The notes: generated by a model from the letters alone, not told the origin. Numbered from the stretch's first letter, positions 1-13,780 are shown. The stretch is 64,000 nucleotides of DNA from Felis catus (GCF_018350175.1 NC_058368.1:157234001-157298000), one strand, 5' to 3'. Numbers and translations are program-made.

Positions 1-2502
1 CAGGTTCATAACTTTATAGATATGATTTGTGTATCATTTGATTCTCTACCACTACCTCTCAAAAGTATAAGCATTTCCCTTCTGGATTATTCCATCCACT
101 TTGAAACTACTAATTTTGTACAGTATTATAGAAAAGTCTCTTAACTGTAATGTATGCACATATTGCTCCTCAGAATCTTTAGATTGTTCTGTGCTATGTG
201 CTTTACTAGCTTCTTAATGTCTATACGCATAATGATAGGTCAAGAACAGCAACATTTGGATAGAGGTAGTTAACGGTTTTTGTGAAGATAACAGAACAAC
301 ACCATCATCAAATTCAGAGGAAATTATATAGAACTGTTAATCTCTTCTAATTTAGCAGAGTACTTTAAATTAAATAACATTTAAATACTGAAATTCTTCT
401 GTTCTAAGGCACCATCAATTGCAAAAAGTACCATCTATTTATAAATAGGTTTTGGTGAAAGAAAAAGATAACACAACATATGTTTAATATGTATATATCA
501 AAATGTGAAAGAAACATATATCTGAAAAGCAAAGACAGAAGAAAAGTTCTTTTTTTCTCCTTCCTTCTGGTACAGAGTATTTCCCTTCATTTAAGTAAAC
601 GCGACTCCAGGGTCTTAAATTTCTTTACAGTTGTTTTCATCGTTTTCTTTTCTCTTTTATTTCACATCACTTCTTGTATCTGAACACACTTCTTTGTTGT
701 CCTTTTGTCTGGTGATATTTTTAATCTCTTCAGTTTCTTAGTTGTCATTTGCTGGCTCCCCTTTATCCCAAAGCAATTATCACACTTAGTCATATCTCTG
801 CCACTTTCTTGCTCTATCAGTTTTCAGGCAACCCTTATTACTTGCTCATTTCTGTTTTGATAAGAAATGTATGTATGATTATGTATATTTGTGTCTGTCT
901 TTTTATCATCTTTATAGTTTTGTGAATATGTGCTTCTTGATGGTGACATCTTTATAGTTTCCTCCTCTAGTTTTCTCTCCTGCAGAGGTCTCCCCACCCC
1001 ACTTCCAAATTTGCCTTCTCTGTTTTCTTGAAGTACAGTGATCAAAAGTCCAAATGATTATGAAAGGTTGGGATGATTCGTTATCAGTGTTCCCTCAATA
1101 TGTTTCATAGTGATATTTGACATTTTGTTTGTCTTTTGGACTCTAGCAGTTCAATAGACCATTATGCATAGGAAACTATCTGCAGTGAGTCTTAATCTAT
1201 GCTTAGTCACTCTATCATCCAATATATTAGTTGGTTAATATGCTTTGCTTAATTCAATTTTCTTTAAACATTCTTTTACATTTGCCTACAGCACAAATTT
1301 TCTACTTTATAATTTTGATACACCATTATTACTACCTGCCATTTCATGCATCATAGAAGTTAAAAGTCATCTGCAAGATTTCACAATGTATTTACCTAAC
1401 AGATTATATAAGAAAACACTAAATAAAGTTGGTTAGAATGAGGGAATTTATTACCCACTTAGAGGAACACCTGCCTATCCCTGGCTACTTTGTATTGCAT
1501 GACAATAAGCATTTCCAAAACCAAACATTCCCGGAAACTCCTTGCATTCATTCCTTCCCTACTCTTCTGGAAATTATGTAAGTTCTCTCTGATTGCAAGC
1601 TTTTTCCCTACTATTTGTCAGTTAGTACAGATTTTTAAAACTTACAGTTCTGTGTAGATTTTTACTTATTTTTATCTTTTACTGATTCTTTGTGATGGAC
1701 TCCTTCTGAATCACATTGCCCTACAGAATATATTTTATTAACGGCGTTTAGATCATGTGTTGATTAGACCTGCCCAACTAGAGTAAAGGAAGTGAAGGCA
1801 AAAATCAGTGTCTAATTCTAAAGTGGAAATTAACATCTTAAGGCTTAGCACAGTTTATAATATGTGTCATTACAAATATTTTTATTATCAAAAGGGAAAA
1901 GTTACATTTATGTGGTTGAGACAGGAAGGAGAATATCTGTGTATGTGTCTTTTTATATAAAACACTGAAACATCCTACGGACTGGATGTTAGCCAGAGAT
2001 AAGGTAGAAAGAGAATGATGCATAGATGTACAGGAAGAATCTTATGTTGGAGCCAGGAAACAACATGGCAACATTAGCATTTATCTAAGATTAACCTTTT
2101 TACAAATGATAAAAGGTTAATATTTATAGAGCTCTTACAAATCTATAGGAAAAAGAGAAATACCCTACTAAAAAATTGACCAAAAGATATAAACAAACAA
2201 CTCACAATAGAAGATACACAAATGGCCAAGATACTTTAAAGATTCAAACTTGGTAGAAAAATATTAAAACGAAAAGATATCAATTTTCTTTCACATATAG
2301 AGTTTGCAAAGTTTAAAAAGAATTAAAAAATCTTATTTTGGAAATAGGCCTTCTCTTATTCTGCTTTTGGGAGTATAAACTGGCACAGATTTTCTGGAGG
2401 CAATGTGGCATTATGTTCCAAATTACTCAGAGATGTGCACACTTTTTGACCTAAAAATTCAAATTTTAGAAAATAACCTATAACTATATACAAAGATTTA
2501 TC

Positions 2503-2745
2503 GGGGCACCTGGGTGGTTCACTTGGTTAATCAATCGACTCTTGGTTTCAGCTCAGATCATGATCTCACAGGCATGGGATCAAGCCCCATGGGGGGGGGG
2601 GGGCTCCACTGGCAACATAGAGCCTGCTTGGGATTCTCTCTCCCTCTCTCTCTGCCCCTCCTCCACTCATGTAGATGCTCTATCTCCCAAAATAAATATC
2701 AAAAAATAGTAAAATAAAATTTAAAAATAAAATTTAAAAAATTAA
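2503..2745 (+). mobile_element. CanSINE (SINEC)
   Basis: GGGGCACCTGGGTGG head, CT-rich linker, A-rich tail; follows an old L1 fragment at about 2080-2500. Confidence 0.9.
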
Positions 2746-4246
2746 AATGAAATTAGTCAGGGCTAGAAGAGTTTAAAGCTACCTCAGTGAGAATTAACTT
2801 AAAAATTAGATTTGTGGGGACAGTAAATTCTATTTCACCTCTGCTTAATAAATAATATACACAAATTGGAATAACGTATCTACAAGTCACTTCTTATTTT
2901 GTGATTCTGCTAACCAATTAGGAGTTTACAATAGATACAAGACAATCTATTCTTAGGATTTGAAAAGCCCTCACTTTATTAGTTTAACCATAGCTGTATT
3001 ATCTTGCATGAATCTAAATTACACACAGAGTATGAGATTAAATTTTTAGATCAAAGCCTCAAGCCAGACATCCTCTTCCCTTCCAGTCTATTGGATCTCA
3101 TAAATATCATATAAAAGTTGGTGATTCAAAAAACCTCAAATAGGATATTCAATAGGAAAACCCAGCTGGGTTTCCTGTTTTAATAAACCTACCTTACTAT
3201 GAAGAGGCTGTTCAAATTTAAGAGGCTACAATGCTTTTATTAAAAAGTCTGAATATACAAATAGTTTTTAAAAGGTATTTAATGACACCTGAAGCTAATA
3301 TTGCACTCTATGTTAACTAGCTAGAATTTAAATTAAAACTTGGAAAAACATAAAAGTTACTTTAAAAGAGATTTTTTCTTTTCTATAAAATGATATTTTA
3401 TGATAAAGTGGGTATTCTTAGTGTGTTTATCTTAGTAGGTGCTTTGTGGTATACTCTCACATTATCATTTCTAATACTGGCAGAAAAGTGCCATTTTTAT
3501 GGACAAGAAGTCTTTATACTATTAAAGTTGATACCATTTCAGAGATTATTCTTTAAAAATACTCCCCCATTTTCTTCTCTAATAACCTAGTACCAACATC
3601 TTTTGGCTCAGTTAGAAATGAAAGTAAATTAAAATTGTTTTAACTTTAAACTTATTTTCATGTGAATTTTTTTCTTTTAAAAGTTGATCTTTTTTGTAAA
3701 ACACCTGCTTTCCTCTCATATGAAAGGTAAATCCATGTTTTTTGGATTGTGAAAATATAATTATATAAAAATGCAGTTGTGTTTGAAAGAGTAGTTAATT
3801 GCTAAGCATTCAAACTGCAAACCCATCCTTGTTACAAGATCTTAATGGAGGGTTGGGAGAAGCATTCCACACAGACTTTTTTTTTTTACCTAAAAAATAT
3901 TGCAAAGTTGAATAACTACAGTAAAGTAAGACTTGTGTTGTAGTCCTGAAGAATCCAGAGATCCTGGAGTCAGACTGCCTAAATTCAAATCCCTCCTTCA
4001 GTGTTGGCCTGGGGCAAGTTACTTAACATCTGTGGTCTACAGTTTTCTTATCAATAAAATGTAAATAATAGTGGGTAACGCATAGCTTAGAACAATGACT
4101 GGAACACTGTAAACAATTAAATGTTAGGCATTATCATCACTAGTATTTTTTATTCTTGGGTATGCCCTCAAAAATGTACACAGTTGGCATCATTGCCATA
4201 CCAGTCTAAAACTTTATCTACTCATATGGTCAGGAAGAAATATATC

Positions 4247-4462
4247 GAGGCGCCGGGGTGGCTCAGTCGGTTAAACATCCAACTCTTGACTTCCGCTCAG
4301 GTCATAATCTCATGGTCATGGGATCGAGCCCCTCATCCAGCTCCATGCTCAGTGCAGAGCCTGCTTGGGATTCTCTCTCTCCTCCTCTCTCTGCCCCTCC
4401 TACATTCAAGTGTGCGTGCTCTCTCTCTCTCTCTCAAAATAAATAAATAAACTTTAAAAAAA
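4247..4462 (+). mobile_element. CanSINE (SINEC)
   Basis: tRNA-derived head, (CT)n, AAAT tail, TSD AAGAAATATA at 4235-4244 and 4463-4472. Confidence 0.92.
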
Positions 4463-5693
4463 AAGAAATATAATCTTATCTCTCTTCAGGAGACCATTAT
4501 ATATATATATCCAGGTCTGCATTTTTCCCCATTTATTTATTATTTTAATTTTAAGGCACTTTATTAAGAATCCTGCAGTTACTTTTCATCTTTCTTATGC
4601 TACCAACAAAGATGAAACTTACTAAAATGTAATTAGAATGACAGATTTGCTAGAAGAAAAAAAATTACGAAAAATAGTTTTAAGCAAAGATCAAAGAACT
4701 TTTGGAAATGCAGTTTAAACTAAAGTGCTTTTGAGGAAACCATTAATATATGAGAAGTGAATACCCAGTTTCCTGAGGCACAGAAAAGTAAATAAATATG
4801 TATTTATTAAATACGGTGGATGTTTGATATGGCTTTTATTCTTCACCAGTTTACAAAGGTATATTATACTACTACTAATAGATTGGAAATAATTCGCCAT
4901 TCTCTCTTTCCTGGACTCCTACAGTAGCTTCCTGATGTCTACCTACCTCCTGCTCATACCACCTTCAGTCATTTCACCACGCAGTAGTCACCGTGAGACA
5001 TGTCATGCTTCTACTCAGAATCCTCTACTGGCTTCCCATTTCACACAGAGTGAAAATTCAAAATCTCTTATTGCGCTTGAGATTCTAACATGATATCTTC
5101 CCTCTCCTAACTCCTCTTTTACAATTTCATCCATCACTTAGACTCTGCTGCAGCCATTCAGGGCTCCTTGGTGTCTGGGGAATGAACTAAGCAGGTTCCT
5201 GCCTCAGGGTCTATACATATGCTATTGCCTGGGGGGTTGCTCTACCACCCCCATCCCCCACCCCACCCCCACCCCCAGATATCTTTAGGACTCAGCCTAG
5301 CCCTTCCTCAGGGTTTAAATGGCACTTTCTCAGAGAGGCTTCCCTGAACACACTATATAAAATAGCACCTGAACACATACTCGACATCCTTCTCTGTCTC
5401 CTTTCCTCTGCTTTCTTCTTCTTCATTGCACCTAGCACCATCTGACATGTTTATTTGTCTCACCATGTTAGAAGGTAAGCTCCAGGAGAGCTAACTGCTT
5501 TGTCCTCTGTTGTTTCCTTACACCTGGAATAGCACCTAGTTTATCGAATGAATTTAAAAAATATTTACATGCACTCTTATCCCAGTTTACTACTGACTTC
5601 TCATAAACTTAGGAGACCCATGTAAATTTTCTTAGTCTTACGAGCTTCTTTAGGAGAATGCAGCCTGGAATAAATCTGAAATAAAGTATTTCT

Positions 5694-5952
5694 TTTTTTT
5701 TTTTTTAACTTTATTTGAGAGAGAGCGAGAGCGTGCGCATGTGCACGCATGCGTGCGCACAGACACACACACACACACACACGCATGCTTGTATCAGCGG
5801 AGGGGCAGAGAGAGAGAGAGGGAGAGAATCCCAAGCAGGCTCCACACTTAGCACAGAGCCCAATGTGGGGCTTGATCTCACGACCATGAGATCATGACCT
5901 GAGCTGAAATCAAGAGTCAGACGCTCAACCAACTGAGCCACCCAAGCACCCC
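5694..5952 (-). mobile_element. CanSINE (SINEC) with internal CA/GC microsatellite
   Basis: Antisense head ending CACCCAAGCACCCC; degenerate 17-bp TSD at 5677-5693 and 5953-5969. Confidence 0.92.
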
Positions 5953-6705
5953 TGAAACAAGGTATTTCTAAGTATCAAAGGTTATTAAAATGCTGAATAC
6001 AGGGACTTCATGGGCCTAGGTATATGCCAATTGGTCCTTGCTTTCCAATCATCTTCCAAGTCCTCTTCTGTGGCCTCCCAACGGCTACCATGCAGACCAG
6101 CCTGTTCCCTCGATACTTGGGTTCCTTACGGTAAGACCTCACAGTAGTAGCCTACTGTCTTGTAGCTCAAGTGAGTTTTATCTCAGGCTGTTCCTTTGTC
6201 TCATGCACATCCTCCTTAATGTCTTTGTTCCTTTTGTTTTTAACCAGTTATCTCTGATCTTTCTTTTTCTTTCTTACTTTCTTCCTCAAAAAAATCCATA
6301 ATTATGATTGGTTGGCAGAAGATCAGTACTTATAAAATGCCCCTCCCAAGGAAATGGAGGATACAGATTTTTAAATTACATCATATGTAAAACATGCACC
6401 TTCAGAAAATTTATAGAGGTTTTTGTCTACTTCCTTATTCTCCTTTAATTAACCTATTTTTCCTCAAATACTTACAGTCAAGTTAATTTTCCTATTCAAT
6501 TTTGCTTAACTCCTAGAATTGCAGACATATTACTTCCTATTTTTTATTGAAAATATTTAATTATACCTAAAAACCATGGAACATGGAAACTAGAAAAGGG
6601 GTGGAGAGGCAAGTACAAATCATTTTGGAACTGTCCCAAGTACCCAGCCATAATTAATGGTAATTTTTCTATAGGAAAAAGACAGTTTGAGTTCCAAATA
6701 CTGTA

Positions 6706-6894
6706 AGAGAAAGAGAGACACACAGAGCATGAGTGAGGGAGGGGCAGAGAGAGAATGAGACACAGAATCTGAAGAAGGCTCCAGGCTCTGAGCTATCAGC
6801 ACAGAGTCCAACACGGGGCTCGAACTCACCGACTATGAGATCATGACCTGAACCAAAGTCGGACGCTCAACCGACTGAGCCACCCAGATGCCCC
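6706..6894 (-). mobile_element. CanSINE (feline type), tail missing
   Basis: Antisense SINE body GAGACACAGAATCTGAAG...GAGCCACCCAGATGCCCC with no T-rich tail visible. Confidence 0.88.
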
Positions 6895-7622
6895 AAAAAG
6901 ACTTCTTTTTAAATTAGACATCTCTCATGCCTTATATATTTATATTTGATAAGGGAAAAATAAATTATTTTTTCCTAAATCAGTATAATCCAGGATTTCC
7001 AACATATGTTCTGCAAAATACTAGCCCCTGAAGATGCTACTTGAGAGTAAAATATTATGTCATCAAATAACTTTGAGACACATGGCATACCACCATTAAA
7101 GGTTTATGAGCTACATCAGCAATACATTTACATCTACAAAAAATTTACCTGTTTGATTTTAATCCTTGGTTGTAAACATGTATGACTACTAAGCCCCTTT
7201 TTCATATAGATCTTATTAATATCTGGTAGAACAAATGTGAGAAGCAACTGTGATCATTTATCATTCAGAAATAAATGACTGATTAAATAATATCTGTTGA
7301 GGATTTCCTATCAGGCACTGTTCTCAGAATTTTACATAAGTATCACATTTTCGCCTAATATAAGCCTTTGAAGTACAGGTGTGATTATTATTCCCCTTTT
7401 ACAAACGAGGAGATTGAGTTTTGGAGTGGTTAATATCATGCCCAAGGTCACATGGGTAGTGAAGTAAGCATTTACTTCAAATAGACCTATGCAGTCTATT
7501 TACAAAATCCATATATGGTCTTTTGTCTCTGCAACCTTTGATGATGTCATATGTGAATGTTTCAACTAATAACTAGTAAAAGAATAAGTTATTTTAAAAT
7601 ATTGTGTTATTTTGTTACATAG

Positions 7623-7847
7623 ATATTGCTGGAGTTCCTCTGCCTCAGAACCTGAGTGGATACTCGTTGTTGCCATTATCATCAGAAACGGTTAAGAATG
7701 AACCTGAATTCAGAAACCTACATCCACCCTGGATTCTAAGTGAATTCCATGGATGCAATGTGAATGCTTCCACCTACATGCTTCGGACTAACCAGTGGAA
7801 GTATATAGCATACTCTGATGGTACTTCAGTATTGCCTCAACTCTTTG
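7623..7847 (+). CDS. ARSK: Arylsulfatase K, penultimate coding exon (225 bp, phase 1 at both ends)
   Basis: Acceptor AG at 7621-7622, donor GTAAAT at 7848. Translates (D)IAGVPLPQNLSGYSLLPL...HPPWILSEFHGCNVNASTYMLRTNQWKYIAYSDGTSVLPQLF, recognised as the ARSK C-terminal region. Upstream exons lie outside the window. Confidence 0.95.
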
Positions 7848-9609
7848 GTAAATCTGTTGATATGTTTTTGTAAGTGTGGTATTATATGTAATGAGTTGAC
7901 CTATACAGTGTTGTTCAAGAGATCTAGTAATCTTTAGTTAAATGCATAAATCTCTGTTGCTTTTTGTGGCAGGACAGTCTACAAATGGTTGCCCATTTGA
8001 GGTGAAGCTTCTTTGTAAGTCATCTGAATTCCACAGCAAGTGCCCTAAAACTTCTGATCTGAGTTTCAAGATTGAAACCACTGTTTTCTCTGATCAACGT
8101 GTCTTCTCATATTCATGCTTATCTGTCTCAAACAGTGGTCATCACCCTCTCATTATAATCATGGTTTTAGCTATTCTGGAGAAATAACCCTTATATGTTG
8201 TGGAGCCTGACGTTCTACCTCTATCATTTAATGTTTGCCTCAACTCTACAAGATGACACCATTATCCTTATTTTGTAGAGAAGACCAGGGGTTAAATGGA
8301 CTCAGATACCAATGAAAAATCTCATAGCTAAGTGGCAGGGCTGGGATTTTAACCCAGGTCTAAGTTGCAAAATCCATGCTCCTTCCACTCCACAAAGATG
8401 CCTGCTAGCTTCACTACTCTATGAATTAATCTTAAAACAACATTATTAAATTAAGGCTTTACTCACCCTTCGCCCCCTTTTCACACAAAATACACCATTA
8501 TTAATATTCTTTTCTCCCTAAGTTTCCTTTCCAGTTACAAATGTCAAAATTATTAATTCCAAATAATTCTTCAGGGACCAAACTGATTGGCCTATGCCTC
8601 TCCCCATAACTGTAAGAGCAGGAGATTCTCGGCTTCAAAAGGAAGTCCTTAAATTTTTATCCTGATGAGTCTTGGACATGTCTTGCTCATTCATTGGCCA
8701 TGTTCTACAAAAAGCAGATGTAACAGTCAAAGGACCAGTGAGTGAGCCTACCTTTCCTATATTCTCTGGGGTTTATTGACTGCTTTCCCTGACCAAAGAG
8801 GTGCCATCTGAAGTCACCTAACAAAGTCACAAATGTCATTAGGGCTCTTCTGGCAAATGCACTCAAATAGGCCCAGAGAGGTTTTTTCCTCAACATGTAA
8901 TGTTCATTTATTATCTCAAGTAAATTGTCATAAGATCTTTAACTTGGTATTTTTCCAATTAGATCGGCATCCCAGTTATGTCTTCCTTTTACCTAGGTAA
9001 AAAGGATATTTGTGTTCTGAAAATATTTATCATTTTCTTGATGGTAGCAGTTAAGATACATCATTATTTCCATGGCTATTTGCTCAGTGGACAGTATTGA
9101 CAAATCTAACTTTCAAAAATCGGAGCACAAGAGATGCTAAAATATATAGAAAACCAGGAGTAAGTGAAGTTGGGAAAAATAGGCCTTGACCATATAAAGA
9201 ATTCTTATGTCTGGCAAGTTTGGGACTGCTGAAATGGGACAATATAAGCATTACTATTTTTTTTTTTCTATGTATGTCAAAGTAAGCAAGGCATGAAAAC
9301 CAGGAAGAATTAGGGCTAAGCCAGCTTACTAGTGATAAGAGTTTGACTTATTTCTGCCATCCAGGAATGGGTAAGAAAAAAATTGGGACAGTAGAATGGT
9401 GGTAGGAAGATAATCTGGACATGCATTTAGAGGAGTGTTTAACTTTTGGTATATTATTTTACCATTAATACTATCTTTCATCTTATACTAAAAGGAACTG
9501 AAAATAAAAATAAATTCAAATACATTATCTGTCATAGAGTGATGACATTCTAAAAAATGTTTCTGTAGCAGATAAATATTTTGACCGGTATTTAATTTTT
9601 TTCTTTCAG

Positions 9610-9911
9610 ATCTTTCCTCGGATCCAGATGAACTAACAAATATTGCTACAAAATTTCCAGAGATTACTTATTCTTTGGATCAAAAGCTTCGTTCCATTAT
9701 CAACTACCCTAAGGTTTCTGCTTCTGTCCACCAATACAACAAAGAAGAGTTTCTCAAGTGGAGACGAAGTGTAGGGCAAAACTATTCAAATGTTATAGGG
9801 AACCTCAGGTGGCATCAGGACTGGCTGAAAAAACCAAGGAAGTATGAAAGTGCAATTGATCAGTGGCTTAACACCCACTCTAATCCAAAAAAAAATCTGA
9901 ACAAAAGTTAG
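9610..9911 (+). CDS. ARSK: Arylsulfatase K, last coding exon
   Basis: Polypyrimidine tract and CAG ending at 9609; phase matches the previous exon (G|AT = Asp). Reads DLSSDPDELTNIATKFPEITYSLDQKLRSIINYPKVSASVHQYNKE...WHQDWLKKPRKYESAIDQWLNTHSNPKKNLNKS*, TAG at 9909-9911. Confidence 0.95.
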
Positions 9912-10026
9912 AAAATAATGTTCTAGAGCAACATACGGAGATATGCTAAGAGATCGTGATTAATTTTTATGTCTGTTCTAATACTTACTGATTTTTGGTT
10001 ACTTTTAAAGAATGTATTCTATTTTA

Positions 10027-10196
10027 GGGGCACCTGGGTGGCTCAGTCGGCTAAGCGTCCGACTTTGGCTCAGGTCGTAATCTCGCGATCTGTGGGTTCA
10101 AGCCCCACATCAAGGCTCTGTGCTGACAGCTCGGAGCCTGGAGCCTGCTTCGGATTCTGTGTCTCCCTCTCTCCCCCCTCCCCCTCTCATGTACGT

Positions 10197-10232
<36 letters not shown>

Positions 10233-10261
10233 TCAAAAATAAATAAACATTAAAAAATTTT
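10027..10261 (+). mobile_element. CanSINE (feline type) in the ARSK 3' UTR
   Basis: Full head to tail; 19-bp TSD with one mismatch at 10008-10026 and 10262-10280. Confidence 0.95.
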
Positions 10262-10281
10262 AAGAATGCATTCTATTTTAA

Positions 10282-10287
10282 AATAAA
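10282..10287 (+). terminator. Candidate ARSK polyadenylation signal (AATAAA)
   Basis: AATAAA just 3' of the SINE target-site duplication, about 370 nt after the ARSK stop. Usage cannot be shown from sequence. Confidence 0.35.
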
Positions 10288-10554
10288 ATACTAACCATTA
10301 TAGAATTATATATTTTCAAAAATGATTACTATCCAGACCTCATTCTTAACAACTTAATGGAGGTATTAAAAAGATGGAAGCAAGTAGTATAATATAAAGT
10401 TATGTTCCTGTGAATAATATGGAATATAGAGTATCTTAACAATTAGAATTACTTACAAACCATTAAATAGTCATCTATGAGTACCTGATGGTGTCTGATG
10501 AGTTATTTGTATCTGATGGGACATAGACCATTTAGATGTATGTGGTGGTATTAC

Positions 10555-12310
10555 TGTTTTTTTTTTTTAATAGGTAATATATACACAAGGTAAAAGTTTT
10601 AAAAGGCACAAAAGAGTTAACAATGAGCATGAAGTCTCCCTCCTTTCCCAGGTCCCCTTCCTGGGGCAACTACTGTAACCATCTTCCTAAGTATCCTTTT
10701 AGAGACATACCATACATCTATAAACAAACTTTGTATTTTTCCCCCCACACATAAAGTAGCTTACTATACAAAATGTTCTGCATATTGCTCTGTTTTTTTT
10801 CTCTCCCATTTAAAAATACCTAAAAGTGAAATTGCCGGGGCAGGATTGTATCTAGGAAAATTACAGCAAATTACCCCTAAAGAAGTTGTACCCATTAAAA
10901 TTCTCACCAGCAATGCACTTCCTCACATTCTTTGCCAACCTGATAAAAATATATATTATTTTTATTTTTTTTAATTATGAGTAAGATCATATTTTCATAT
11001 ATTTCATAGCCATTTGAATTTCCTTTACTGTACTGTGATCTTTCTATTTCTATTCTTTGCCTATTTTTCTATTGGTTATTGCTCTTTTTTATTTTAGGCA
11101 TGCTTTTAGATATTAGCTTCTTGTAAGAGAAGCTGCAAATATTTTTTTTCCTTTTTGTAATTTGTCTTTTGATGGAGTTCTGGTGTTTTTTACTTGTGGA
11201 AATTGGTATTTTCAACCTGTGGAAATTGGTATTTTCATGCAATCAAATTTATGAATCTTTGCTTTTATGGCTTTGGGATTTTATGTCATACATATTCTGA
11301 ATGGTATTCTCCACTTTCCCCATTTACCTTCTTTTAGAGTTTTATTTTTTGACCTTAGATCTGCACCCCATCTGGAATGTCTTCCATAGTAGAGATCTAA
11401 CTTTAGTTTGTTGTTTAAGATGGCAACCCAAATGACCTTTTATTGAGTAAACTAACATTTGTCCCATTAGTTAAAAAAAATGCCACTTCATTATATAACA
11501 CCTTTTATTGAATAAATCATCTTTTTCTCTATTGATTTGAAATGCCATTTTATCATATTCCAAAGTCTCATTTATATTTGTGTCCTTTCAGAACATTTTT
11601 TATCTTCCAGTCGACTACTTTGTTTACTAATGTGGTAGTCAATATCTGGCCAAACTAGTCCTTTTCCAACACTTTTTCAGAGTTTCCCTGGATACTCTTG
11701 CTAACTTACGTTTCCCACACAAATTTAGAATAAGTTTGTCCAATTCAAAAGTGAAAAATCTTTTTAGTCTTTTTATGAAATCATATTAAATTTGTCACCT
11801 AGTTTAGAGAGAACTGACCTCTTTATAATCCTCAGTTACTTTAAAGACTATAGCACACTTTTCCCTTTCTTCAAGGCTTCTTTGCCCTCTCTCATAATAT
11901 GCAAGCGTTCTTCATATGGATCGATTTTTTTCAGAGATTTTTAGAAAAGTGGGAACTTTTTAAAAAGATACTGCCTAGGCCCTACCCCACACCGATAGAA
12001 TTAGAATTCCAGGGAACGCACCTGGACACTGTTTTATTCTTATTGTTCTGTGAAGCTCTCCAGCTGATGATCCTGAAGTGTAGGCAGAGATGAATTTATT
12101 CCTAGTTGCTTCATCATTTGTTGGTGGTATGCTATTTTAAGTGGACCTTTCTTCCATTATCTTTTCTAACTGGTTGTTTATGTATACAAATTCTATTTCT
12201 ATATATTTGTTTTATGCCAAAAATATGATATTTTTTGGTACCAATAGTTTTTCAATTGGTATCTTATTTTTTTCAGTTAAAAAGCTGATCTGCAAATAAT
12301 AATTTTACCT
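10555..12310 (-). mobile_element. Old L1M fragments, antisense
   Basis: T-rich sequence with degenerate antisense L1 ORF2 and 3' UTR phrases. Other old L1 relics at about 14320-14610, 16180-17360, 28270-28790, 33520-33950, 45800-46510 and 52860-53320. Confidence 0.6.
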
Positions 12311-12899
12311 AACTTCCTTTTCAAACTGCCTTTGAAGTTTTCTTAATAAGCCAGTTCATCTCCTGTGTTTGCTATTCTTCAGTGACTTAGTATGAACTTA
12401 TCTTTGCAGTTATGTATGAATTCCTGAGAAATAAACTTCACTTCAGATACATTTCGAAGTAAAACCCTTATGGAAAAGATCTCAATATTAAACTGTTGCG
12501 ATTAAGATGAAAATACACAAATCTACCTCCCTAGTTAAGCCTAAAGAACATGAAATAGCTACTGTGTGGGTGAATATGCTAATTATAGGGGAAAAATCAA
12601 TAATAATAGCAATGTGGTTCTGAAAAGATAGGCATGTGAAGATAAATATAATCCATCTTGTCCTACCCAAACTCTTCAAGATACATTCATTGTTACGATT
12701 TACCAAGCATACACATTGTTTTAAGCATATTAGATACAGAATCATACTTAGGTATAACTGAGTGTTTAAGGACAAAAGCTAATTCAAAATGGTATCTAAC
12801 AACCATGAAAACAGAAAAAGAAGAAAAACTTAATGCCAGAATCTGAGAGAAACCCACACCAATTATAAACTAGATTGAAGACAATCTTTGGGCTTCCTT

Positions 12900-13590
12900 T
12901 TTACGACCTCTACCGCTACCACCGTAATTCCTGTCAGCCATAGTCTCTTGTTTGGAATTTTGCAATAGCCTCCTAAGAAGTCTCCCTGAGTCTGCCCCTG
13001 AACTTTCTTCAGTCTGTACTCAGCAGAGCAGCCAGAGTGATTCTATTAAGATACATCACATCCCTTCACTGGATACTCCAAACCTTCCACTGGTGTCCCA
13101 TCTTAACTCTGTAAGAGCCAAAATCCTTACAAAGGCCTATAGCACCTGAACTACCTCGCTGCATGTTACCTCACAGACTGGCTCTCCTCCCACGTTCCCA
13201 CTTTGTTCACTCTGTTCTGGCCACACTGGTATCCCTGTTGTTTTCCAGCATGCCAGGCATGCACCACCTCAAGACCTTCGTGCTTGTCAATACTTCCTGC
13301 TTGGCACACAGTTCTCCAGATTTCCGTACGGCTGTCTTTGCTACATCTTTCAGGTCATTGCTCCAATGCTACCTTCTCACACAGACTTCCCTGCTTTATT
13401 TTTCTCCATAGAAATTATTACCACCCAACATAGTATATGTTTTATATACATGATTTGCTTATACTGTCCCCTACCCCTCCTACCCCACTAGGATGGAAGT
13501 TCCATACAGGCGCAGATTTTTGTCCTTTTTGTTGCTTAAGGTATCCCAAGTGCCTGACACATAGTAGAAGATTAGTAAATACTTGTCGAA
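12900..13590 (+). mobile_element. L2 LINE relic (3' region)
   Basis: TGCAATAGCCTCCTAA, CAGCCAGAGTGATT, GTGCCTGACACATAGTAG. Similar L2 relics at about 4900-5560 and 49350-50555. Confidence 0.7.
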
Positions 13591-13780
13591 TTAATTTTCT
13601 AGGAATTTGAGTTTTTCAGATAACACAATGGATTAGAAAACCAACACTTTAGGTAATGGCAGGGCAGAGCTGAAAAGGAGTACCCTTCTCAATAAAGCAG
13701 AGCCTTCCAAAAACAGTAAATTCTAGCAAAAGCCTGAACAAAAGGGTCAACAGAGGGACTTTCTATCCCTCTATGTTTGT

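Noticed and set aside
4121..4450. Recurrent 60-130 aa ORFs such as MAQSVKHPTLDF... across the window
   Set aside because: Translations of SINE copies, with GTG/TTG starts and no coding signal.
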